Shown here in pieces: positions 1-10,900 of a stretch of DNA of 64,000 bases (position 1 is its first letter; the number at the start of each line of letters is the position of its first letter). The notes under the pieces were generated by a model. That model saw only the letters and a list, made by a program, of their open reading frames with translations, was not told the DNA's origin and did not search any database. The translations under genes were made by a program, and so were the position numbers. Source of the DNA: Rhizaria sp. SCN 62-66 (taxonomy: Eukaryota); contig MEDY01000164.1 of the NCBI GenBank assembly GCA_001724265.1, positions 1 through 64,000 on the forward strand. Direction: 5' to 3'.

Positions 1-36
1 ATCGTATATAGTTCGATTTTTCCGCGGGTGCCATAC

Positions 37-423
37 CTGGGCGAGGAAACGGCGCTTGTGTTCGTCGGCGGTGCCCGGGGCGGGCCACGCGGCGAGCAAA
101 TGGGCCTGGCCGGCGGCGAGCAGCGTCTGGCAGGACTGCAGCTCAATGGGGGTAAGCAGGGCGGTGTGGGCGGCGATGACGGCCTCTGGGGCGGGAGGGA
201 AACAGCGGAGCAAAGCATGATGACAAAGCCAAGGCGAGGAGAGTGAGAGGCGTGCATACGAAGGCAAAAGCAGTCAAGACAAGTGGCATAGCGACGACCC
301 AAGGCGTAATAAAGAGCCCACATGCGTGTAAAAAGGCCGAGACAAGGAAAGAAACGTACTGGCAGCCTCCTCGAGGACCGGCGGCGCCGTCACTGCAGCC
401 GTCGGTGCTGTGAGCGTAGCCAT
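37..423 (-). CDS. USP: UDP-sugar pyrophosphorylase (USP-like), 5' exons only; gene continues beyond the left window edge
   Basis: Exon 1 423-360 (MATLTAPTAAVTAPPVLEEAA), intron 359-186 (GTACGT...CCCAG), exon 2 185-37 followed by donor GTATGG. The spliced frame gives LLTPIELQSCQTLLAAGQAHLLAAWPAPGTADEHKRRFLAQ, which matches the GQxHLxxxWPxxGxxDxxK N-terminal signature of plant/protist USP as I recall it. Confidence 0.75.
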
Positions 424-1234
424 CGGCTGCAACAGCGGCTCGGGGGCTTGGGATCTGAAGATGAGGTTAGTGCGGTGTCGCGGGACTAGAGCGGGTGCGT
501 GTCGGAGTGTGCTTTCTTGGAGCTGGGCGAGAGACGGGGAAGAGTGTGTTTGTAGGGACCGGGATTGGCAGGGAGGGGCGAGTGGCAGGAGGAAGTTGTG
601 ACGTGTAAGGGGGCGATTCTTAATGCCGAGATATGGCAACCTATATCTCAGGTTTTAGAAGTAATGTTGAATTCTAATACACTAAATAAACGTTTCTAAC
701 GATATACCACTCGTTTTTAGACGCTGACGATTGATGTAGCTAGAACGACATTGTCGTATCTTGGCCATCGCAACCCCCTTGGAGGAAGCTTCGGCTCACA
801 GTCACATCCATAGGCGAACTGAGAACCATCTCGCGACACTCCTGTGATCGTCATTCTGTGATAAAATTACATTGTTAGGTTATAACACACTAATTCACAT
901 TTATTTTCCTTTTTACGCACTCTGATTCACCCACTGCATCCTCCCCGCACCCCACTCTGCCTTGCCTTTCACACAGTCGTTGCGAGAGGCTGCTGCACCT
1001 CATCTCGCTACACGCCTGATACTCTCTGTCTCAGACTCCTTGCACTGCTCTGCCCCACACTGCTCTGCCTTGCACCTGCACCCACGGCCGCGCACCCTGC
1101 AACAGCCGCACTACCTGTGACTGTCTGCGTCTGGCGTCTGCCTGCACGGACTTCAGTTGCACTTGCTCGCTCTCGCACTCGCACTCACGCTAGAGGCACG
1201 ACAGCAACGACGACGCACACGAGCGACGACGACG

Positions 1235-4200
1235 ATGTACCAGGCGCGTCTCCCACATGCGCAGCTGCGTCTCATCGCCAGCACTGCCACCTCAACAGCG
1301 TCCGCCCTCTCACTGACACACCGCGCCAAGAATGCCACAACCACTACAACTACGACCGCCAATTAGCATTCGACTGCAACTGCGACTACGCTGCGCTCAA
1401 CTCCCCGCCGTTGTCTCTCCGTCTCTGCTTTATTACCACCGCTGGCGCCGCCGCCGCCGCTGGCGTTTCCCCCGCCGCACCTGCCCGCGTCTCTGTCCGC
1501 GCTCGCTGGCCCCACAGTCCTGACGCCGTCCCGGTTCCCCCTCGCCGTCGCGCTGGTAGCGCCGCAGCAGCCCGTCAACACGGGCGCCGTCGCGCGGCTT
1601 ATGTCCGCCTTCGGCCATGCCGAGCTGTACATCTCGCCCACCGACAGCGGCTTCGATGCGCTCTTGCCGGGGGAGATGCTCGCGGACTTTGACGGGGATG
1701 GCACTAAGCTGTCTCTCACGCTCGCCCCGCTCCACTTGCACAGCGAGGCCAGGGGAGGCGACAACATGGCTGCTGCTCCCGACACTGCGACTTACGCTGC
1801 GGCTGCTGCTGCTGCGGCTGCAGGCGTGCCGTTGAAGCTGGGTCAGTGGATCGAGCGGGGCTGGGTGACTCTGCTGCCTCATAGTAACGAGGCGGGGGAC
1901 GTGTGTGGCGACAGTGTCGACAACGACACCGACTCTGTCTTATCCGTGACTCCTTCACAGTTGCGCCCACAGCCACAGTTGCAGTCGCACTCGCCCTTAG
2001 ACTCTGCGGACTCCCTGATGCCGCCGCTGCTGCGCTTTCTCGACTTGCCCGCGTCTGCGCCCCTGTCCCCGCTGCTGCTGACGCTAGCGCGGCCAGCGCT
2101 GTTGCCGCAGCTGCTGCCGCCATCGCTGCTCTGCCCTGCTTGGCTTGCGGGCGCAGACAGGGCCTATGTAAGCAGGTACTTAGACGGCCACAGCAGCGGC
2201 GGTGTCAGTGGTGGCAGCGACGGCTTTGTGGGGGCCGTTTACGCCAGCGAGGCCACCGGCAGCGAATGCCGCCGCGGGTTCCGCGACGTCAGCGTTCTAA
2301 GGGGTAAGGTACTTTCACCCGAGCTCGCGCTGTCGAGCCGTCCGAGCGACGAAGCCCTTAGATCGTCCGAGGCGGCTAAGCACCTTGACGTCCAAACACC
2401 TATCGTCCCCTCTACCCCTTACATCAACAACAACACCACCCGCAGCGGCGGCAACAACGACGGCCATAACAGCAACGTTTTTAACCCTTTTTTCCCGCTC
2501 GCGTCGTGCTTCCTGCGCGACCGCAACGGCGTCGCCCTGGCCCCCCACAGCCCCCACGCGACGGCCTGGTCGCCGCACTGCGAGCTGGTCCTGCGCCTGC
2601 CCCTCGCCGCGCTCGCGCCAGAGGCCGCAGCCGTCGCAGTCGCCGCCGCCGCAGCAGCATCGCAGCCGCCGCCGCAGTCTCAGGCACAGCAGTCGAAGGC
2701 GCAGTCTCTGGGCTTCGTCGAGTTCGTGTGGGCGGCGGCGCGCGTGGGCGTGGCTGAGTTCCAAGGCGCGCACTTGACGCACTGGTCCCCGCCCTACGTC
2801 ACCGCTGCGCTGCACGGGAGTAGCAGCAGCAATAACAGCGGTGGCGAAAAGGGAGGCGATGGTGCTTCCTCATCAGGTTCCTGCTCGGGTGAGGAAAAGT
2901 CGGGATGTATCGCTGATAATGCAGAGTTGCAGGATGTCAACAATGAAAATAGTAATAACACGACTAACTCTAATACTTCCAACGGTTTCTTTTCTGAAAC
3001 TAGCGCTTCTGCTGGCGCTGCAGTCGACTCCCGTCCATGCTTGTCGCTGCCGTTCGCTCGCTCGCACCCGTGTGTTGCCGTCACCGCGCTGTCCTACTCG
3101 ACCGCCACCACCAACGGCTCCCGCGTGCTGCACCGCGCGCGGCTGTTTTCGCACCTGGAGGAGCTGCTCCCGTCGTTCGACGTCGTGATCGGCACTTCGG
3201 CGATGCTGCGGCCGTCGCCGGAACACCTCCGGGCCCCGGTCAGGCTGCCCTGGGAGTTTGACTGGCCCGCCATCTTCAACGCCAATACGACCTTAAACAA
3301 CAACAACAACAACAACGACAACAACGCTGTTGCTAATGAGAGCGCGACATACAACGCGGCTAGAGTTGGAGACGAGGACACGGCGAAACTTGAGTTCCAA
3401 GAGCGCATCAACACCGTAGTCGCATCCGTCCTCGCTTCCCGCTCAAACGCGAGCTCTAGCTCTGACTCGGGCTCTGACTCGGGCTCTGGCTCTGGCTCTG
3501 GCGCTGAGTCTAGCCCGCAGTCTCCGACGAGCGTCCCCCATCCCTTGCCTTCCGCCAGCCGCGCCCCGTCGGTGCTGCTGGTGCTGGGGCGCGAGTCTCA
3601 CGGCTTAACTTCGCGCGAGCTGTCCCTCTGCGACGCGATCGTCACCATCCCGGGCCCTGCGGCGTCGGGGGGCACGAACCACTCGCTTAACCTGGCCCAG
3701 GCCGCCGGCTGCGTGCTGTATGAGGCCGCGCGCGCGGAGTCTCAGTGGCGCAGTCTAAGCGCGAACAACAACAACAACAACAACAAAAACAATAACAACA
3801 ATCGCAACAAAAACAGCGGTCACGATCGTCACAACACGAGTGCCGGCTTTGTTGTAAGCCAAAGCCCTCATGCTGCTGCTACAGACGCGTCGAAGAGTGA
3901 TGCGAGGACGGCGACGGGCTGGTTTGATCCCCACGCACCTGCTGATCTAAGTACCCCCTTAGACGGCGCACTGGACCAGCCTCCTGCCTGGGCCCTTACT
4001 CCCCAGGGCTTTGACGCAACTCTTAATAGCAGCAGCAGCAGCAGTGAGAGTACCTCTAAAAAGTCTTTTTTTAAGCCCAAGACCCCGTCTCATGTTGCTG
4101 CGACTGATCCAGCTGGTGTAGACCCTGCGAGCGCCGGATTTGGCTACCCGGGCTCTGCGCTGCACTGCCCTGCGCCCGCCGCGCTGGCGGTGCCGCCGCA

Positions 4201-4939
4201 GGCCCGCGCGGCGCTGTACCGCGTCGCCCGCTCGCTGTTCGCGTTGCTGGACCCGGCGCTGCTGGTCAAGGGCGACCGGCCGCTGCGGCCGCTGCGGGGC
4301 GCCGACCCCGCGGCCGCCGACGCCGAGGACCTGCGCAGCGACCGGCTCTGCGGCCGCGGGTTTGGCACGGGTGCCGGTGGTGGTGGCAGTGTTTTGGCGG
4401 CGTCAATGGCGGCGTCCTTAGCGGCAGCGGTGGGGCCGGGGGGCGCGCTGCCGCGGCGCCACCACTTAGACCTCCGCCGCAGCGGCCTAAGTACCCCCTT
4501 AGACCAGAGCACCGCCTCTGACGCGAGCAGTGAGAGCACTAACTCCGACGACGGCGACAGTGCGGCTGCGTCTGTGTCTGTGTCGACGTCGTCGTACGCC
4601 GCCCCGCTGCCCGCCAGCCGCGGCCTGCCTTCGAACGCGCAGGGCCGTTCCCACGCCGAGGACCTGGCCGTGGCGGTGCGCAAAGTGCTGCTGTCGGTGC
4701 GGCTGTCCCGGGGCGAGTTTGGCGCCACCAAGCGGCTGTTCGAGTGGCTGGCCAAGCACGTGCGGCTCATGCGAGTTGCGGTTGCCGAGGCCGAGGCCGA
4801 GGCCGCCGCGGCTAAGGCCGAGGTTGCGGTGGCAAAGGCAGAGGCGGCTGCTGCGAAGGCCGAGACGGCTGTGGCGAAGAAGGAAGCTGATGCTGCGAAG
4901 GCTGAGCTGGCGCGGTTGAGCTAGACTGCGAGCAAGTAA
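1235..4939 (+). CDS. TrmJ/LasT-like SPOUT (SpoU) RNA 2'-O-methyltransferase with a putative mitochondrial presequence and very large low-complexity insertions; contains two in-frame TAG codons (1364-1366, 4922-4924)
   Basis: SPOUT motif 1 LAVALVAPQQPVNTGAVARLMSAFGHAELYI starts at 1541, upstream of the ORF-track ATG at 1601. Later motifs: FDVVIGTSA, motif 2 LVLGRESHGLTSRELSLCDAIVTIP, motif 3 SLNLAQAAGCVLYEA. The nearest in-frame upstream ATG is 1235. If TAG is sense, the CDS is 1235-4939 (TAA), 1234 aa. The family call is firm; the boundaries depend on the TAG interpretation. Confidence 0.8.
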
Positions 4940-7900
4940 ATGCTTGAACGACCACGTTTTGCTTTGTTTCATATTTTCTATGTCATGTTATTTAGAGCAC
5001 GCGAGATTCTTTATTTAGTTCAATCTAAACATATTTATTCATTCAAATACAGTGATGTAAAAGTGATCTTTAGCTTATTTTTCACCAAGTCGCAGAGTCT
5101 CCCACTTTTATCAACAACTCTTTTGCGTTCCGTTCGCCCAAACGTTCTGACATATAAGAATGATTTAATATAGCACAAGCTTGAGTAGATGCCCGGCAGA
5201 TAAGCTTATTGTGCATTGATGTTTACTGTTTATTCATAAATACTATCTACCCCGCCGGAATAAAACGTACTGGAGTAGGTAAGCTCATCCCCGCTGATCC
5301 ATCCGATCTCATCCGAGTAGTAAGTATCCTTTCATAAAATGGTTTCTAAAGTAAAATGATTTCAAGCATTTAAGCGTTGCGTTACTTGTCACGTCTGAGT
5401 AGTTATACGTGTGGTTTGAGTTCTGCGAAATAAACTTAGATATCTTCCTCAAACTCGCGTGCGAGCGCGTAATACGCGTCTAGGGCTCCAAGCCCGTCCT
5501 CGTCCTCCTCTGCACCACGGTCACCGGCGACAACATCAACATGGCCACTGCTCACAGTGCTGCCACGAGCATCAGTGTTGCCGTTGGCGCCGTCGTCAGT
5601 GGCTCCGCCGTGCCAGCGGGTGTTAGCAACCAGGCTGTCGCTGTTGTCGTTGCTGGAGTCGAAAGCGCGGGTCACTGCAGCAGCCTCCGCCACATCCTCA
5701 GCCTCCGGCTCCGGCTCCGGCTCGGCAAAGAGATACGAGTCTTCATACAAGTCGCTGTTATCTGCACCGTCGTCTGCGCGGGCAACAAGGGACTCCGTGT
5801 TGTTTCCACCCTCGTTATACGCAGCGTGAGCCGCATCAGCGTCAGCTTCAGCTTGATTCCTCGCAGCAGCAGCAGCAGCAGCAGCGGCGGCAGCAGCCTC
5901 AGCCTCAGCAGCATCAAGTTCAGCGTCGTTGTACTCATCAATGTAAGTACCTTGCTCCTCAGTGTAAGCATCCTGGTCTCCAGTGTAAGGTTGGTACGAC
6001 TCTTCGCCCATTGCAGCACCAGTATGATCAGTATCGCTGGGAGTGCTAACGCCGTCTTCAATGGAGGTATATGTACCCTCGTTCAAGCCATTAGAAGCTG
6101 TTGTCGCAGCAGCTGCATCAGTCTCAACCTCGGCAGCAACCTCAGCATCAGCGTTGTACATGTGATCACCAATAGCGTTGTTGTAATTCTGACCGTCCTT
6201 GGCGTAGCTAGCCTTCACGGTGGCCAACGGATCATAGGTACTGAGATCAAAGTCACGACTCGACACAACACCCTTGCTCTTGCGGCCACTATTGGAGGCA
6301 CCAGCGTTCAGACTGCTGTAGCCGCTCGAGCCCCCCATAACGCGCGCCTGCCTCGGCGTCGGCTTGATGTGGCTCGTCGGGTGGAGGTATATGACGCGGC
6401 CCGGCGACTGAGAGCCGCTGCGCCGCGCGACCGTGCCCGCCGCCGCCGCTACCGCGGACCGAGCTCGCGCCCGCGCCGCGCCGGTCAGCGCGCCCGCGCC
6501 AGAGCCCGCGCCCGCGGAAAGCACCGCCGCAGCCGAGCCGGTCAGGCCAGCGCCGCTGCTGCCCGCTGCGGAGCCCGCGGCGGAAGCGGCAGCGGCGGCG
6601 GCGGCGGCGTTGATGGCGGCGGTGAGAGAGCGCTGCCGAGACGGGTGCAGTGTGATGTTAGGGGAGATTGACGTGCGGGGGGAGACGATGAATGGCGACC
6701 GCAAGGGGTGAATGTGAGCGGCAGAGTGACCGTGAGCAGCAGCGTTGGCGTGGCCGTGAGCGCTGGTCTTGGTGCTAGTGCTGCTGAAGCTCATGGTGCC
6801 GTTGGCCTTGCTCATCGCTTGCGCCTGTCGCAAGGCCTGCGTGTGCGAGACAAGCGTACCCGTGACCATGGGTCCCTGCCCCAGGTGCCACCACGACCGG
6901 TCCGTCAGCACCGACTCTGGTCCGGTCAAAGCCACGCCAACGCCAGTCAAAGCTGCACTGGCACCGGTCAGAGCGGGCTGGTAGTCAAAGGCAGCAGTGG
7001 AGCGATTGTTGCTGTGAGCCACAGCAGCGTTGCTGGTTGAGTAGCTGTTGTGAACCAAGCTATCGTCGGTCATGGGCACGTAGTCTAAGTACTCAGCGTC
7101 TAAGCGGCCTGCGCCCGGATAAGTTCCCAGCTGCTGAGCAGCGGGAGCGTTCCGACTGGTGTTGAGCACGGCAGCAGCAGCTTCGGCCGCAATAATTGCC
7201 GCCGCCTCAGCCTCGGTCTCGGCCGCCTGCGCCCACTTGTGCGCTCGCGCAGCCTTTTCGGCAACACTTACATTCGCAGCGGGAGTGCTTACACTCGCAT
7301 TGGGAGTCAATGTGATACCGTTGTTTAAGTACTCAGCAAGATCCCACGTAGAAGCCGCCTTGCTCCCGCCACGCTGGGCCCTTAGATCCCTCTCCGCGGC
7401 CCTTAGCCCGCCGTCCCCGAGCTCACGGTCACCCAAACTAATGTTTGTCGGCTCACGGAACGCAGACTCAGGCCGCAGCCGCTGGCCCTCAGTGTAGCCC
7501 CAGTCGGATTTAAGGTTGGCCGCCTCATTGGCGAGCATATTTGCGATCTCGCGGTCCGGTGGCACAAGCGACAACGCCTCATTCACGGCAGCAGTAGCAG
7601 CGCCACCGGCGGTCGTTGTGTTGTACATGTATGCAGGCCGGCCTGTGGCCCTTAGACTGTCGACCCGGCGCACGGCGTCTGCGAGCGCGGCCTCAGAAGC
7701 GGCCGCGGCGGCGCGCGCGGCGGCCGCAGTTTCGGCGGCCGAGGAAGCAGAGGCAGCGGCCGCGGCGGCGCGGGCGGCGGCGGCAGCGGAGCGAGGGGAC
7801 AGAGGTACAGGAGCAGGGGTAGGAGCGACGGAAACAACAGCAGCAGTAGTAGCAGGAACAAAGACAGCATCATTGTTGTCCTCAGAGGTCTTAGCATCAG

Positions 7901-10900
7901 TCTTTGCCTTGTTGGCAGCAGCTGCTGCTGCTCCAGCAGTGCTAGCAGCAGAAGCAGCAGCAACAGCAGCAGCAGCCTTCGCCTCAGCCTGTGCAGCAGC
8001 CTTTGCATTGCTGCTGAAGCTTTGACCGTTATTGTTTGCAGCCAGAGCGTCAGTCCACTTCTGCCACACCACACGCATGGCCCTTTGATCGCGGATATTG
8101 ACAAACTTCCCGACCCTTACCCGCAGCTTACTCAGCGCCGCCCATGCCCTGAGTGCCGCGCGCGCGCGCCGTGCCTCTGACCGCGCGGCAAGCAGGCGTC
8201 CGCGCGCGCGCAGAGCAGCCGTCTGGCGCCAGGCCTGGAAGTTCAGCCGGGAGAGGGTTTGCCGGCGGTGCAGGAAGGCAACGGCAAGAGAGCGCGGGGA
8301 CGGCGGTTGATCGAACTCATCACCGTTGGCCGTGGAGTCGTCGCCGGTGCCGTACGCGTGGCGCTCACGGCCACCCGTAAAGTTCAGACTGTCGTCGTGG
8401 CTGTCGCTGCCCTGGGCGTTGGCGCTGTTTGGGTTAGGAGCGATGCCGGCGAGGTCATTGTAGAGCGTGGCTCTATGCGTCTCCGCGTGGGAGCCTGTGC
8501 GGGCCCCGACCGACACAACGTCGCCAACAGAGCCACTCTCGCCGTTCACAGGGCCGCCAGTGCTGCCATGAGCAGTGTTGGTGTTATTGTTAGCCAAAGC
8601 GGCGAGCGCTGTTTCAGCAAGTGTGGGCTCAAGCCAGAGAGCGCTGGGGACAACACCGAAAACACGCTGTTGCGGGGCACTTAGACTTGAGCTGCCACTA
8701 TTTGCGCCAGAACTGACAAGGCCGTGATAGTTGTTGTTGTTGTTGCCATTGGCATTCCAGTGCTCGATGAACGACACATCGCCAAGGACCGAAAAAAGAG
8801 GCCCGTCAGTCGGCCCCATAGCTGCACCATTATTAGCACTGCTAGCGGCAGCAGGGGGGTCGCCGCCGCTGTCCTTGTCCGCCAGCCAGCGTTCGCGCTC
8901 CCGCTGCTCGTACCACAGTGGCAGCGGCACGTGGATCAGCAAACCCTGGGAAATGGCGCGGTGAGCGGCCGCGGCGGCGGCGGAGGCCGCGGCGGGAGTC
9001 GCGGGCCGGCGCAATGCCAGCGTAAGCGCGACCGACGCGGCGTGGGCGCGCGCGATTGGGTCGATGTACACGTTCGTGCTACTAAGACTTTGACCATCCG
9101 CGTTCTCGTAGGCGTTGCTGGGGCCGCCAAGACCGATAGAGACAAGGGCGCTTACAAACGCACCGAACGACGTCTGAGGGTCCAGGGTAAGTGTCTGGGG
9201 GTTGCTGTAAGGGTATCCGTCCCACCGCAGCGCGAGCAAGTAAGGGTCCTTGTCCCAATCAAAGTTAGGCCGCACATACGTGCGACGACTCACGAAGCTG
9301 CTATGAACACCGCCGTTCGTGGTTGTGAGAGCGTTGTTGTTGCCGTTAGCGCTAGCGTTGCTGTTGTTGTTGTTGTTGTTGTTGTAGCGTGTGACACGCG
9401 CAGCGGTAGTGGCGGCCACCCAGTGCTTCAGCGCGGCGGCAGCGACACTGCGCGCTTGCGCCTGCAACGCGAGCCGCGTCGACAGCGCCTTCTGGCGCCG
9501 CAGGAGGGAGTAGGCGCGCAGGCGGGCGAAGAGGGACTGTGCGCGGGCGCGCTCACGGTCACCGCGGTGCGCGGCCGCCAAGGAGCTGTGGTGGAGATGT
9601 AAACAAAAAGAAGTAAAATTAAGATGAGAAATGACGCGAGCAAAGAATACAATGCACAAAAATCAATTTTAACGCATAAAAACTCGATTATGTTTGATTT
9701 GTTCAATACTTGTTATATTACGTACGCAAAATGCTTGCAGAGGGCTGCGTTGGCCTTCAGTGCAGCCACCGCCCTGCGCATGATCCAGTCCGCAGCCACC
9801 ATGGCAGCCGTCTCACGGGCGCCGCGGCGGGCGCGCGCGGCGTCGGCGGCGGCGGCCAGCGCGCGGAGCCCGCGGGCAAGGCCATTGCGGCGCGCTGCGG
9901 CCGCAGGCGCGGCGACGGCGAGGCTGCGCGGCAGAGCTATCCTTGAAAGAGTTCTACCTCCGCTGGAGCGGGCACTGTTCACAGTGCTTGTGGTGTTCGC
10001 GCCAGCAGTAGTGCTGTCGAAGCCGGCGTAGTGGAGCCAGCGTGCAAGCGCGCGCTTTGTCGCCACCATCTTAAACGCCTTGTCAGCGGTGGCGTTGACC
10101 TTGGCCTGAGCCTTGAGGCCGGCCCAAGAGCGCCAGGCGCCGAAGGAGGAGACTAGCTCGACCTTGCGGCGCAGGGCCAGGCGCCGGCTAGATATGATAT
10201 GTACGCACCAAGAATGACGTATTTGTAAATGATTTTAAAATTTTGAGTGTAAAACAATTTGTGTTAGTTAAAAACAATAGAAATTTTGTAAAATAAAAAA
10301 ATTCAAAGTATGTAGGCTCGTTTTAAGGAATCAACACGTTCGTAACAGGTTAAACCACAACTAGTTAGCAAGTTTTTATCTTTTCATAATTAAAGAACGT
10401 ACCTCGTGACGTCGCGCCACCTTCTGAGCGCCTCCGCAGCAAGCGCGCCGTTCCTGCGCGCGGCCACCTCTTCCCCGGCCTCCGCGAGCGTCTGCACTCG
10501 CGCGCGCCACAACTTCACCCCGCGAGCCAAAGCGACCGCGCGGCGGAAGCAGCGCGCCTTGGCCTCTGCCTCGCCCGCCGCGCGCGCCGCGACGAAGGCC
10601 GTGGCCCAGGCAGTCAGCGCTGCGGCGGCGAGGCGGCGCCGCTGCAGCGCGGCGACGGCGGCAGCGGGGGCGGCCAGCCGCGCCAAGGGGGCGGCGGCCG
10701 CAGCGGCCCAGTGATTCAGCGCGGCCCGGGGCAGCACGCGGGCGCGGGCGCGGGCCAGCGCAGTGCACAGACGGCGGGCGGCGGCGCGGCGGCGGCGGGC
10801 AGCCAGCCAGAGAGCAAGGTAGCGGCGCAAGAGAGAACGCGGGAGCACGTGGGAGGAAGTTAGGCCGCCGAGGAGAAAAGTGCTCTCATTAGTCGTCATG

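Noticed and set aside
1237-1366. Intron GTACCA...ATTAG that would remove the TAG at 1364
   Set aside because: It would destroy the ATG at 1235; no upstream ATG was seen nearby; the sequence is GC-rich without a pyrimidine tract; the donor lacks +5 G. Not formally excluded without cDNA.
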